Source: an uncultured Pirellulales bacterium
GTDB lineage: Bacteria; Planctomycetota; Planctomycetia; Pirellulales; Thermoguttaceae
Length of the DNA: 43,606 nt
Assembly: GCA_964434165.1 (NCBI GenBank)
Contig: CAYSUS010000060.1
Span: 1 to 43,606 of the forward strand
Direction: 5' to 3'
Below the pieces are notes generated by a model, which was given only the letters and a program-made list of their open reading frames with translations, searched no databases and was not told where the DNA came from. Below are positions 25,798 to 36,374 of the stretch, piece after piece; position 1 is the first letter of the stretch; each line of letters starts with the position of its first letter. A program made the position numbers and the translations under genes.

Positions 25798-28700
25798 TCA
25801 CTTCTCGGCCGTCCCCGACGCGACCGACTTCCCGCCGTCCGTTCTCGCCCCGAACTTCTGCACCTTTCCGTCGCGGAGCGCAACGAACACGCCGCCCTCG
25901 GTCACCGCGATGCCGTCCCAGACGGGCCGAGCGGGCAGGCGGCAGACTTCGGCCGCGGCGCCGTTTTCGAGATCCAACCGCATGAGCACGCCGCCTTCTT
26001 CTCCGCGGATCGATCGGGCGACGAAGTCAGGCGTCGAGCCGCCGTTCAGGCTCATCGGCGGTCCGGCGACCAGCACGGCGTCGCCCGCGAGGGTCATCGC
26101 CTCGACGCGGACGGGAACTCGGGTCGCCCAGATCTCTCCGGTAGCCTCCTGTGCGCGCTTGCCGAGAGGCTTCGGCTTGGCGCTGCGGTCATTGGCGAAC
26201 ACCGTGTAATGGTTGCGGCCGAGCTCGAAGAAGCCCTCGTGGTAGAGCAGCCGGCCCGGCACCATGTTGTCGGCGGCCCAACGGACGCCGACGAACACCT
26301 TCTCGTTGAACGCGAGCAGGCGCGCGGAATTCGTCTGGTCCAGCACGTAGCTCGACCGGTCGTAAAGGCTGTCGTCGAGGAAACCCGTGATGCTCACCAG
26401 GGGGCTCTCTTTGAAGTCCTTCTGCCACAACTGCGGGGTCCAGGGCGTGTAGGGCCACGTGGCGGGTTCGAAGCGAAACGTCTTGGGGTCGAGCTTGAGG
26501 TTCTTCATGAACAGGCTCGTGCCGTCGTATACGAACAGGTCGTTGAGCGTGCCCCGCACTTCGGCGCCGGCCTGGTCGGACCCTTCGCCGGCGGTGCAGC
26601 GACGCTCCGCGTGGCGGACCCTTCCCGTCTCGGCGTCGAGCGCGTAGAAACGCAATCCGCCGTCGAGGTAGGTTGTGCGTCCCGCGGCGACATATACGGC
26701 GCCGTCGGCGACCATCACGCTGCCGTGCACGGGCCACGCCGATTCGATGTTGCCGAACGACACGATCGACCGGTGCGCGGGGTTCGCGTTGAAGCGCCAC
26801 ACGAGCTCGCCGTCATCGGCACGCAGGCAGTAAACGAAGCCGCCGGCCGTGCCGAAATAGACCTTTCCCTGCCACAGCGTGGGCGGCGTATCGACGAGGT
26901 TATCGACGTTGACGGACCAGACGGTTTCCCCGCTTCGGCAGTCGAGCGCCATCACGCGATGGTGGCGCAGCCCCGCCAGGAAGACCTTGCCCCAACCGAC
27001 GGTCGTCGCGGTGATCGGTTCTTCAAGATCAGCAACCCAGTCTTGGGCAAGCGCGGCGGCGGGTTTCACGTCGGTCGCCGCGCTGCGCAACGCGTCGTGG
27101 CGGTACGCGGGCCAGGATGGGGATCGGCCATCGGGGGACGCGGCCTGCGATCCTGCCCCGGATCCCCGCTCCAGCCGCTCATCATCCGAGACCGGCCGCG
27201 CCGCGCCCGTCGCGCGCGCGCCGTACGCCACGAATCCCGGCATGCGCGTATTGGCGAAGCAGATGCACTGCTGCGGCGGCGTGTAGAGCAGGCCGTTGGC
27301 GGGCATCACGCCGTACGAGCAAATGCCGCGCACCCACCGGTTGATGTCGATCTTGCCCGACCGCAGGTCGGTGAACTCCAGCCCGTTGCGCGAGAAGATG
27401 ATGAAGTTCTCCGTCGCCTTGTTGCGATAGCACCGGTGATGATGAAGACTGGTCATCACGGGCGTGATGTCGTAGGTCTTCTCGACTTCCCCGGACCGCG
27501 GGTCCAGTCCCCACAACGGATAGGACCGCGGAGTCCGAGCCCCTTGCTGGGGCGGCGCCAGAACCCACAGCAGGCCGCGTGCTTTGTAGATGCTGACCAT
27601 CGTGCGGAAGCCGGCCGCGCCGCACTTCTTCTGCCACAACGTCGATCCGTCTTCGCAGGAGAGGGCCTGCAAGTCGATGGCGTAAGGCAGGCCGCGATTG
27701 GTCCGTTGCCGGTAGCTGTAAAGCACGCCGTCGCTGACCAGAAGATCGCTGACCAGATCCGTGGCCCCGAACGGCCGAGCCGCCGGAGGTGCGGCCCTCT
27801 CCACCGCGACCCGCCAGCTCTCCGCGCCGTCTTCGGCGCCCAGCGCGACGATTGCGTCCTGGTCGTGCACGAACACCTTCCCGTCGCCGACCGTGAGACT
27901 CAGCCGCGTGAGCATGGCGTCCTTGGCGCGGAACTTGCCGTCAACGATTCCGTGGAATCCCTTCCGCTCCCACCGCGTGCGACCCGAATCCGGGTCGATG
28001 GCGACCACGCTCTTCGCCGGTCGCTGACCGTAGTCGCCCGCGCGCTGGGCCGCGCGATCGACCGTCGCGAACAGCACGCCGTCCTCCACGGCGATCTCGC
28101 TGGTAAACGCGGTGCCCTCATACGTGCGGAGCACCTCGCCGGTCGCCCCGTCGAGCCGGCACACGGGGGCGCGGAAGCCAAGCGTGGCGTAAACGTCGTT
28201 GCCGTCGGCCACCAGTCGTTTGTGGATCACCCTCGGGTTGCTGATCCACGGACCGTGGCCGGCGTGCGATGAGCCGTCGCGGGCCCACCCTTCGCCCATC
28301 CACGCGCGGTTCCCCCAGTCCCGCACGGGGCGCGTCCACAGGATCACGCCGTTGAAGGCGTCCCGCGCGCACAGGTGCCATTGCTCCAGATCATAGCTGC
28401 GGGTGCCGATCGCGCTGGGGCCGGTGTCGGCGATGTAGTACAGCCGCCCCTGCGCCGTGACGAGGCCGGTCAGCGTGGGGCTGACGTCGTGCGATTTCGG
28501 CCACCGCGGCGGGCCGATCCACTGCAACGACCGCGGAGGACCCACGAGCTGGTCCCGCCCCACCGGGTTTCCGTCGGCCGCGTGGAGCCAGTGCGTCCAC
28601 TGGTCCATCCCCTTGGGCCACGGCTTCACTTGGCGCTCCCAGGCTCCATCGCGATTCCTGATGCAAGCAACCCCCCGCGGCGCGAGGACGCGCTGCACCT

Positions 28701-29064
28701 CCGTCATGGGCGGTGCGTCGGGACGTTCGGCGACGAACAGGTTCACCGTGTTATCGCCGTAGGGCAGGTACGCCTCTCGCCAATGCCGGACCGTCACGGA
28801 GCCGGGAAGATCGCGCGAGCGCAGGCGAGTGCGGATCTCGGCGACCTGGCCGGCGTCGGGCGAAAGGCCCTGCACGACGCACGACTCGCCTCGGCATAGT
28901 GCCTCGGTAAGCCGACCGTCGCCGCAGCCGAAATGGACGATCACGCCGCCCGGCGTCTTGGACAGCTCGAAGATCTCCCGGGCCGCCTGCCGCGCCGATT
29001 CATCCTCGCCGAAAGCCAGTGCCCCGCCGAACGCCATCCAGGCGCAGGCGGCCAGCGACGCCAT
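25798..29064 (-). CDS. Secreted protein with PQQ-like beta-propeller repeats (BamB-family-like) and an N-terminal class-I SAM-methyltransferase-like domain.
   Basis: Start at the internal ATG (cat 29062-29064) giving signal peptide MASLAACAWMAFGGALAFG. VIVHFGCGDGRLTEAL...VVQGLSPD resembles MTase motif I. The remaining about 850 aa carry repeated ...DG.L[YF]..[ST]..G.[LV].A[LI]D..[TS]G...W.. propeller blades. Confidence 0.75.
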   Translation of the reverse strand: MASLAACAWMAFGGALAFGEDESARQAAREIFELSKTPGGVIVHFGCGDGRLTEALCRGESCVVQGLSPDAGQVAEIRTRLRSRDLPGSVTVRHWREAYLPYGDNTVNLFVAERPDAPPMTEVQRVLAPRGVACIRNRDGAWERQVKPWPKGMDQWTHWLHAADGNPVGRDQLVGPPRSLQWIGPPRWPKSHDVSPTLTGLVTAQGRLYYIADTGPSAIGTRSYDLEQWHLCARDAFNGVILWTRPVRDWGNRAWMGEGWARDGSSHAGHGPWISNPRVIHKRLVADGNDVYATLGFRAPVCRLDGATGEVLRTYEGTAFTSEIAVEDGVLFATVDRAAQRAGDYGQRPAKSVVAIDPDSGRTRWERKGFHGIVDGKFRAKDAMLTRLSLTVGDGKVFVHDQDAIVALGAEDGAESWRVAVERAAPPAARPFGATDLVSDLLVSDGVLYSYRQRTNRGLPYAIDLQALSCEDGSTLWQKKCGAAGFRTMVSIYKARGLLWVLAPPQQGARTPRSYPLWGLDPRSGEVEKTYDITPVMTSLHHHRCYRNKATENFIIFSRNGLEFTDLRSGKIDINRWVRGICSYGVMPANGLLYTPPQQCICFANTRMPGFVAYGARATGAARPVSDDERLERGSGAGSQAASPDGRSPSWPAYRHDALRSAATDVKPAAALAQDWVADLEEPITATTVGWGKVFLAGLRHHRVMALDCRSGETVWSVNVDNLVDTPPTLWQGKVYFGTAGGFVYCLRADDGELVWRFNANPAHRSIVSFGNIESAWPVHGSVMVADGAVYVAAGRTTYLDGGLRFYALDAETGRVRHAERRCTAGEGSDQAGAEVRGTLNDLFVYDGTSLFMKNLKLDPKTFRFEPATWPYTPWTPQLWQKDFKESPLVSITGFLDDSLYDRSSYVLDQTNSARLLAFNEKVFVGVRWAADNMVPGRLLYHEGFFELGRNHYTVFANDRSAKPKPLGKRAQEATGEIWATRVPVRVEAMTLAGDAVLVAGPPMSLNGGSTPDFVARSIRGEEGGVLMRLDLENGAAAEVCRLPARPVWDGIAVTEGGVFVALRDGKVQKFGARTDGGKSVASGTAEK

Positions 29065-29664
29065 TGGGAATCGCCGCGTCGCGGAGTACCGCGACGGTTC
29101 GGGCCTGGCACCGCGGCGTGCGACGGGCTCCGCGCTTCTCGACGTCGGCGCTTCTGAGAACGAGCGTTTGCTGGCTGCCATAATCAACTCCAGAGGCGGT
29201 CTTTGGAAAGGCCCGGTCGCGGATGGAATCCCGGGGCGGTGCGCGACGTTGCCATTGTACCGCAGAGAGGACGGCGGCATAAGCGATGCGTGCCGGCGCG
29301 GCACGGCAGCCGCCCCTTCCGCCCTGCCGATGCGGAGTCCTGCAGGGATCTCCCCCCGCTACGGCAAACGCGCATCGGCCCGACGTCGCGAAGCGACCAG
29401 CCGCGCCGCTCCAACGCCGATGACGCGAACGGCGACATCCCCCGCGGCGCCGCGCAAGAGCCGGGCCGGGCGACGGTCGCAGGATGCTCGAAACATGCCG
29501 GCGAACCAGGGGCCGTGGTACGGGCGGGCGATCTCTGGGCCCCCTGGCGGCCGACAGGAACCGCTCAAGGCGCTCGCGATCGTGCTATACTCGGGGACGC
29601 TCTTCTCCGGTGGAGACGATCTGCCGGCACGGCCCTGCTGCCGGGCGGACAAGGAGACCCTCGA

Positions 29665-30990
29665 GTGAGACGACGTGCGTTTCTTCAGTCGATCGGCGGA
29701 ATGGCGCTGGCGTGCACGTCCCGCGGTTTCGCCGAGCCGGCCGAGCCTGCCCCGCTCGAAACGACGGCGCTTTTCGAGGCCGACAGCCCGGAAGTGCTGA
29801 AGCTGGCGAAGCGCGTGATGGAGAAGTGCGTCCTGGAGAAGATCAGGGCGCCGACGCCGCCCTTGAAACGCACCTGGATCGTCCCCGGCGGCCCCTACTA
29901 CAAGGGCCAGTGGATCTGGGACACCATGTTCGTGGTGGACCTGTTGAGCATCCTCCCGGGCAAGAAGGAGCTGATCCGCGACGTCTTCCAGAACTACTGG
30001 GACTTCCAGGACCGCTGGAACAGGGATGCGCCCGAGTACGCCCGGGACATGATCACGGTGGCGATCAAGACCGAACCGCAAGCGGTGCGGCAGTTCTCGC
30101 AGATTCCCATTCTCGCCTGGGGTGTGGAACGAGTCTATCGACGCAACGGCGACCGGGAACTCCTGAAGCAGTGCCTCGGTCGCCTCGAGCGGTTCCACGA
30201 CTGGTACTGGCGCGAACGGGACCTGCACGACAACGGGCTGATTACGCTCGGCGCCTACACGGGCAAACTGCAGCACGCGCGATGGGAGACGTTCGACTAC
30301 GAATGCAACATGGACGACATGCAGCTGACCGTCCATCCCAAACGTAAAGGCCCCAAAGAAGGCGCTTGGTATGCCGACATCTGCGTGCCGGGCAACACGG
30401 CGTACCTCATCCTGGCCGAGCGAAGCCTCGCCCGGCTGGCCGAGATTGCCGGCGACCGTGCCATGGCCACAAGGCGCAAGCGGCGCATGGAGAAGGGCAT
30501 CAAGGGGATGCGCGACCACATGTGGGACGAAGGGGCGGGCACCTTCCTCTCCGTCCGGCGCGACACGCTCGAGAAGATCCCCGTCGCGACCATCGGGAGT
30601 TGGATTCCGCTGGCTGCAGGCGTTCCCACCGAGGCCATGGCCAAGCGCATGGCCCAGACGCTGGCTTCGCCCGCGTGGCAAACGCCGCTTCCCGTGCCTA
30701 CCGTCGATCGAACCGACAAGCGATGGAAGTCCAACGCCTTCTGGCGCGGCGATGTCTGGCCGCCGACCAACTACCAGATCGCCGGCGGCCTGGCCGCGTA
30801 CGGGCATAAGGACCTTGCTGCCGAGATCGCCGACAAGACCATCGCCAACGCGATCAAGAACGGCATCAGTGAGCACTACGACTCGGTTTCCGGCAAGGCG
30901 CTCGGCGTGCCCGACTACTGCATGAGCAGCACGCTCGTGACCATGATGCTTGACGGGCTTGCCCGGAAGCACCAACTGAAGTTGAAATGA
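29665..30990 (+). CDS. Tat-exported clan GH-G (GH37 trehalase / GH63-like) six-hairpin glycoside hydrolase.
   Basis: GTG start at 29665 with AAGGAG RBS 7 nt upstream. Tat motif VRRRAFLQSIGGMALA. VPGGPYYKGQWIWDT resembles trehalase signature 1 (PGGRFxExYYWDSY). FWRGDVWPPTNYQ resembles signature 2 (QWDxPxxWPP). Confidence 0.7.
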   Translation: MRRRAFLQSIGGMALACTSRGFAEPAEPAPLETTALFEADSPEVLKLAKRVMEKCVLEKIRAPTPPLKRTWIVPGGPYYKGQWIWDTMFVVDLLSILPGKKELIRDVFQNYWDFQDRWNRDAPEYARDMITVAIKTEPQAVRQFSQIPILAWGVERVYRRNGDRELLKQCLGRLERFHDWYWRERDLHDNGLITLGAYTGKLQHARWETFDYECNMDDMQLTVHPKRKGPKEGAWYADICVPGNTAYLILAERSLARLAEIAGDRAMATRRKRRMEKGIKGMRDHMWDEGAGTFLSVRRDTLEKIPVATIGSWIPLAAGVPTEAMAKRMAQTLASPAWQTPLPVPTVDRTDKRWKSNAFWRGDVWPPTNYQIAGGLAAYGHKDLAAEIADKTIANAIKNGISEHYDSVSGKALGVPDYCMSSTLVTMMLDGLARKHQLKLK

Positions 30991-31052
30991 GATCGTCCCG
31001 AGTGAGCAGCAAACTGGCAAACACTCAGCCAAGCAGGAGATTCAACGACGTG

Positions 31053-33482
31053 ATGACAACACGAAGCCGCACGCTATTGTCGCTGGTCCTCGCCACCGTC
31101 GCGATGACGGGACTCGTCCTTCGGGCTGCCGAGGTCCCAACGCAGCTCCCCGATCCCGACGGCAAGCCGGGCAGTGCCGCCAAGCCGGTCAAGGTCTACA
31201 TCCTTGCCGGGCAGTCGAACATGGTGGGCATGGGGGACCTCCGCGGCGCCCGCTGCCGCTACAGCGGGATCTACCTGACCGCCGATCCCGCGGCCCCCAA
31301 AGGCCCCATGCACATCTATCCGGTGGGGCATTACATGATCGGGTCGCACGGGGTCTACGTGTCGGCCGAGGAGGGCAATGCGGGCGCGGGAGCGACGGCT
31401 TCCATCTACCCAGGCGCCTATGACCCGGCCACCGACTACGACAAGGCGAAACCCGTTAAGACCGAGACGGTTGCCCTGGGCGTGACCGACGGCTCGCTTC
31501 CGACCATCGACGGCCCGCATACGGTTGTGGTGCGAGGCTTCATCGACGTTCCCGAGTCGCGCGTCTACACCATCAACCCCGGCTATGGCGACAGTTCCTA
31601 CAACGTGGCGGAGTTGGACGGCAAGGAGGTCTATCGCCAGGACCCGGGCGGGCACGCCGTCCAGCAAGAGATCGCGCTCGACGTCGGCAAGCGCTATCCC
31701 ATCAAGATCACCTACTTCAAGGGCGGGTCGACCGCCTTCTGGATGAGCCAGGAGGACCTTGTCGGCAAAGGGGACCTGGAGATCGTCACCAAGCGGGACA
31801 AGAAGTTCCCATGGCTGATTGACGACAAAGGCGAGTGGACGGTGCGAGGCGACGTCTACTTCCAGGAGGCCCGTCTCGGCTTCAGGGGCAGTCCCCTTAG
31901 CCCGACCTCGAATAACGGGAAGAGCATCGGCCCGGAACTTGGCTTCGGGCACGTCATGGGCCATCACCACGACGAGCAGGTGCTGCTGATTAAGACGTCC
32001 CAGGGCAATCGCTCGCTGGGCTTCGACTTCCGTCCGCCATCGAGTGGCCGGACCGACCCGGACAGCAAATGGGAAGGGGCGGAGTATCGCCTGATGGTCG
32101 AGGGCGTGCGCAAGACCCTGGACCAGATCGCCGACATCGTGGCGGGCTACAAGGGGCAAGGCTATGAGATGGCCGGCTTCGTCTGGTGGCAAGGCCATAA
32201 GGACGCCGGCGCCACCCAGGCGGAATACGAGCAACACCTGGTGAATCTGATCAACGACCTGCGCAAGGAGTTCAAAGCGCCCAAGATGCCTGCCGTCATC
32301 GCCACGGTTGGTTTCGGCGGCCACAACATGAGCGATGCCTACCTGGAGATCCTCAAGGCGCAAATGGCCGTCGGCAATCCGAAACTGCATCCCGAGCTCG
32401 CTGGCACCGTGGCCTCGGTGGACATCCGGGACTTCTGGCGCGAGGTCGACGAATCGCCTACGGCGCAAGGGCATCACTACAACCGCAACGCCGAGACCTA
32501 CATGCTGGTCGGCGATGCCCTGGGCCGCGCGATGGTCGATCTGCTCGAGGGGAACGAGCGCGAGGCCGTCGCGGTCGCCGAATCCTCGCGCCCGGCGGAC
32601 ACCACGCCGACGGAAGGTGCAGAACCCTCGGAGGAGGAAGCGGAGGCAGCCCGGGTGGCGCTCGAGCCGATCGTCATGGATGGCATGGCACCGCGGTACA
32701 TTGCCGCCAACCGTGATGCGCTGCTGCGCGAGGCGAGCGGGGAGAGGCCCAAGCGGGTGTCGCAGTTCCTGCGGGGCGCGATCTATCGTCTGACGAGTTT
32801 CTACCGTGCCGCCGGGGTCGATGACTACGACTGGCACCTGTTCGGCCCGGACCTCAAGAACGTGGAGTGGGAGTATTTCAGCTTCGATCCGCCGGAGACC
32901 ATGCCGACGGACAAGGGAAGCCGGTATCGCGAGGTGACCTATCCCCCGGGGATGGAGAACTGGTTCGCGCCCGACTTCGATGCCGCGAAGGCAGGCTGGA
33001 AGAAGGGGCGGCCGCCGTTCGGCCAGTTGGGTGGCGAACTGAAGCCGCTATCGGAATCGTGCAGCCTTCCCTTCTGCCTGTGCAGCGAGAAGCCGAAGAC
33101 GCTTTGGGAGAAAGAGGTCCTGCTCCTCCGCGGCACGTTCGAGGTGCCGCCGCTCAAGAAGGACCACCGCTACCGGATCGTCGTCGGAGGCAGCGCCCAC
33201 GTCAGCGCCGGGGAAGGGTATGCCATCTACGTCAACGGCAGGCTGTTGGCCGAGTCGAAGTCGGGCGTGGGCAAGCGCCAGGGCGCCCAGCCTCGCGGCG
33301 GCCATATCTACAACGACTTCCGCGATGAGTTCCAGGGCGGCAAGGTGACGATCGCGGCCACCAGCTTCCTTCGCTACAACCATCCGCGCATCAAGCCCTA
33401 TCCGCCTCGCGGGCACCTCACCGTGTGGATCGAAGAGCAGAAAGTCCCGCCCCTGGGAGAAGCGGCGTCCAGCGATCCGTGA
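31053..33482 (+). CDS. Secreted carbohydrate esterase of the sialate-O-acetylesterase (SASA/DUF303, SGNH-like) type with inserted PA14 domain and C-terminal beta-rich module.
   Basis: Internal ATG 31053 with AGGAGA RBS. Signal MTTRSRTLLSLVLATVAMTGLVLRAAE. VYILAGQSNMVGMG is the GQSNM nucleophile block of DUF303 esterases. PA14-like segment (...YTINPGYGDSSYNV...YPIKITYFKGG). Second half of SASA fold (WWQGHKDAG, HYNRNAE). Confidence 0.7.
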   Translation: MTTRSRTLLSLVLATVAMTGLVLRAAEVPTQLPDPDGKPGSAAKPVKVYILAGQSNMVGMGDLRGARCRYSGIYLTADPAAPKGPMHIYPVGHYMIGSHGVYVSAEEGNAGAGATASIYPGAYDPATDYDKAKPVKTETVALGVTDGSLPTIDGPHTVVVRGFIDVPESRVYTINPGYGDSSYNVAELDGKEVYRQDPGGHAVQQEIALDVGKRYPIKITYFKGGSTAFWMSQEDLVGKGDLEIVTKRDKKFPWLIDDKGEWTVRGDVYFQEARLGFRGSPLSPTSNNGKSIGPELGFGHVMGHHHDEQVLLIKTSQGNRSLGFDFRPPSSGRTDPDSKWEGAEYRLMVEGVRKTLDQIADIVAGYKGQGYEMAGFVWWQGHKDAGATQAEYEQHLVNLINDLRKEFKAPKMPAVIATVGFGGHNMSDAYLEILKAQMAVGNPKLHPELAGTVASVDIRDFWREVDESPTAQGHHYNRNAETYMLVGDALGRAMVDLLEGNEREAVAVAESSRPADTTPTEGAEPSEEEAEAARVALEPIVMDGMAPRYIAANRDALLREASGERPKRVSQFLRGAIYRLTSFYRAAGVDDYDWHLFGPDLKNVEWEYFSFDPPETMPTDKGSRYREVTYPPGMENWFAPDFDAAKAGWKKGRPPFGQLGGELKPLSESCSLPFCLCSEKPKTLWEKEVLLLRGTFEVPPLKKDHRYRIVVGGSAHVSAGEGYAIYVNGRLLAESKSGVGKRQGAQPRGGHIYNDFRDEFQGGKVTIAATSFLRYNHPRIKPYPPRGHLTVWIEEQKVPPLGEAASSDP

Positions 33483-33497
33483 CCGTCCGCGTCCCGG

Positions 33498-36374
33498 CTA
33501 CTCTCCATCCGGCAGTAGTCTCTTCAAGAGGTCGAACTCCAGCTCTGCCTTAGGATCGAAGGCCGCCGAGTCAAGATATCGCAACAGGCTGTGCAGGAGC
33601 TGCCGGGCTTCGGGCTTGTCCTGATGGCCGAGAAGGTCGATCGCACAGACCAGAAGCTTGCCTCGGCCGACCTTGGTCTCGAAGACCAGGCCGAGCTTGT
33701 GGTTCCGGTCGAAGTTGTCGATCACCTGAATGGTCGGGCGGTAGTCGTCCGGCGTGTCGTCCAGGATGATCGGCCGCGAGTTCTTCACCAGGTGCCACCA
33801 CTGCCAGTTGCTGTGGAACTCCGTGGGGAACTCGGCCAGGGCCGGCGTCTTGGGGTCGCAGAGGAAGCCCAGCGTGCCGGGCGCCACTTCGATGCCGCGA
33901 CGCTCGGCACCGCGGCGGAACATCGGGAAACACCAGAAGTCGGTCTGGAACGAGCCCTTGATGCTATGGGGCAATCGGTCCAGCCGGGGAAGCAACAGGA
34001 CCTTGCCGCCGGCGTGGAGGTGCCTCTGGACGGCGGCGTCCCCGAGATCGCGCGCAATCATCACGCCCCGCGGCAGGGCCGTGTCGACCTTCGGCGGGAA
34101 GACCCAGATCTCGTAATCGTTGCGGTACCCGGTGCCCTCGACGGCCAGCGTGATCACGAGCTTCTGCGGCGCGGCAATCCCGGCCAGCGGCAGGGCGAAC
34201 ATGTCGACCTCGAACACCTTGCCCTGTTCGATCGTCACCGGATCAAGCGCCCCAGAGGCGACCTTCTTCCCGTCGCTGCCGGAGACCGTCCACGTCACGC
34301 GCGCGTCGGCCAGGTCGGCCGGTCCGTAGTGGGCCACCTCGACGCGGCCAACGAACGTCTCGTCCGTCGTCCAGGTGTATTTCTTCATCCGCAACAGGGG
34401 AACCGTCTCGCAGCAGAACTGCCGCCACGCCTGGGGCGTAATCAGCCCCTTCGATTCCATGAACACGTTGAGCATGCCGACGAGTGCCGTACCCTGGCCC
34501 GGGAAGTCCTGCAGGTCGAGCAAATGGAATCCGCCCAAGCCGGGCGTGCGCAGCGCCGCCTCGATGTCCTCGCGGTGACAGATGACGGAGAGCGCGCCGG
34601 AGGCGCGCACGAAATCGTGGGCCTGGTCGAGCATGCCGGCCTCGCGGAGCCGCTCGCGGAAGATCTCCAGGTTGCGCGCCCGGGTCACGCCCGTGTACTT
34701 CGGGATTTCGCGGTAGTCGGGCGAGACCTGGAATTCTCCGATTTCGTGGCTGATCACCGGCACCGGCACGCCGGCGATCGACTCGCGATAGTCGACCATC
34801 GTCGAAGGCGGGCGGTGCTCGATGTGCGGGTTGGGATAGTCGCCCTGGAAGAAGGCACCGCGAACCGGCAGCGTCTTGGCCGTCTTGCAGGTGACCCAGA
34901 AGTCGTCCCCTTCGGCCAGGCTCGGGTTCCAGTGCATGTTGTTCGAGCCCTGGGCGTAGAGGCGTCGCGGGTCGATCTCCCGGTAGTGGGCTACCATCTC
35001 GAACATGCCCTCGTTGCGCCCCAACTCGTTGCCGAGCGTGAACATGACAAAGGACGGATGGTTGCCGTAGGCCTGGAAGATCAGTTCGCCTTCGCGCTTC
35101 CCGTAATCGTAGAGCGAGACCTTGGTCTCGGTGCTCTCCGCGTCGAGCCGGTCGATGTTGTACTGGGCCGCCTCCGTGTCTTCCGGCGCCTTGAACCCGC
35201 TGCGTTTGTTGGGCAACTCGGGCTGCAGATACATTCCCAGTTCGTCGGCCGCTTCAAACGCGGCGCGCGGCGGGCACCACGAGTGGAAACGGTAGTGATT
35301 GATCCCGTACGACTTGGCGATCGACAGCACGCGCAGCCAGCCCGCCTTGTCCATGGGCGGATAACCGGTCAGCGGAAAGAAGCAGCAATCGAGCTTGCCG
35401 CGGAGAAAGACGGGGCGGCCGTTGATCGTGAACTGGTTGCGCCGCGTGGCAAAACGGCGCATGCCGAAAGTGACGCAGCGCTGGTCGCCATGCTTCTGCT
35501 GGCCGGCCGTGACTTCAAGCTGGAGATTCAGACGGAGCAGGGCGGGCGTGAATTCATCCCACAGCGGCACGTCGTCGCCCAGCTTGTAGGTAAGCTCGAC
35601 GACGGTCTCCCGCTCGGGGGCTCTGGCCTCGAAAGACTGCGTCGCGAAGGCGCGCGGCTTGGCAACGTTGTAGCTTTCGCACCTCGCCGTGATTCGGCCC
35701 GAGGCCGCCTGGCCCGTGGCGTTGCCGATCACCGCGCGAACGACCGCTTGCTTCTTCTCGATATCCGGGTAGACCTGGACGTCTTTCAGCCAGACCGGGG
35801 CGGTAGCGCGGAGTTCCATCTTGCCGACGACGCCGTTCCAGTTGGTCTGCGTGCGCTCATCGACCGCGTGCGACGGACCGACGGGCGGCAGCTTGGCGTT
35901 GTCGACCAAGAGGGTGATCGTATGCTCGCCCGGCGTCATCGCTTCGGTGACGTCGAACACCTGGGGGGCGCTGAGCGTGTCTTCCCAGCCGCAGAACGTC
36001 TTGTCCACCCACACCTGCGTATGCTTGGATCGCTCCAGAAGCAGCGTAATCCGCTTGCCCTTCCAGTTCTCGGGAATCGTCACGCGGCGTTGATACCAGG
36101 CCGGCCCCTTCCAGTACCAGACGCGCGAGAGCCGATCGATGCATTGCTCGTCCTTCTTGGTCCCCTTGTGGTTCTCGTCGGTCGTGCCGGGCAGACGGAC
36201 CGAGTCGTCGAGGTCCTTGGCGAACCACTGCTGGTCCACCCCGACGCCTTCCGGATCGAGCGCGAATCGCCACGTCCCCGCCAGGGAGATCGACGTCTCA
36301 TCTGCCATGACGGGGCGTGTGTGGGCGACGAGGAGCGTCGCCAGCAGGAGCGTCGGAATGAGTTGCCCACTCAT
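33498..36374 (-). CDS. Secreted glycoside hydrolase family 2-like (clan GH-A) enzyme: beta-galactosidase, mannosidase or glucuronidase type.
   Basis: Start at ATG giving signal MSGQLIPTLLLATLLVAHTRPVMA. Sugar-binding jelly-roll (WYWKGPAWYQRRVTIP...KRITLLLERSKHTQVWVDK). Ig-like domain. TIM barrel with NHPSFVMFTLGNELG (acid/base NE) and later nucleophile region. About 958 aa. Start coordinate is ±1 nt: I hit a local 1-nt inconsistency between my reading of lines 36361/36421 and the ORF track. Confidence 0.8.
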   Translation of the reverse strand: MSGQLIPTLLLATLLVAHTRPVMADETSISLAGTWRFALDPEGVGVDQQWFAKDLDDSVRLPGTTDENHKGTKKDEQCIDRLSRVWYWKGPAWYQRRVTIPENWKGKRITLLLERSKHTQVWVDKTFCGWEDTLSAPQVFDVTEAMTPGEHTITLLVDNAKLPPVGPSHAVDERTQTNWNGVVGKMELRATAPVWLKDVQVYPDIEKKQAVVRAVIGNATGQAASGRITARCESYNVAKPRAFATQSFEARAPERETVVELTYKLGDDVPLWDEFTPALLRLNLQLEVTAGQQKHGDQRCVTFGMRRFATRRNQFTINGRPVFLRGKLDCCFFPLTGYPPMDKAGWLRVLSIAKSYGINHYRFHSWCPPRAAFEAADELGMYLQPELPNKRSGFKAPEDTEAAQYNIDRLDAESTETKVSLYDYGKREGELIFQAYGNHPSFVMFTLGNELGRNEGMFEMVAHYREIDPRRLYAQGSNNMHWNPSLAEGDDFWVTCKTAKTLPVRGAFFQGDYPNPHIEHRPPSTMVDYRESIAGVPVPVISHEIGEFQVSPDYREIPKYTGVTRARNLEIFRERLREAGMLDQAHDFVRASGALSVICHREDIEAALRTPGLGGFHLLDLQDFPGQGTALVGMLNVFMESKGLITPQAWRQFCCETVPLLRMKKYTWTTDETFVGRVEVAHYGPADLADARVTWTVSGSDGKKVASGALDPVTIEQGKVFEVDMFALPLAGIAAPQKLVITLAVEGTGYRNDYEIWVFPPKVDTALPRGVMIARDLGDAAVQRHLHAGGKVLLLPRLDRLPHSIKGSFQTDFWCFPMFRRGAERRGIEVAPGTLGFLCDPKTPALAEFPTEFHSNWQWWHLVKNSRPIILDDTPDDYRPTIQVIDNFDRNHKLGLVFETKVGRGKLLVCAIDLLGHQDKPEARQLLHSLLRYLDSAAFDPKAELEFDLLKRLLPDGE

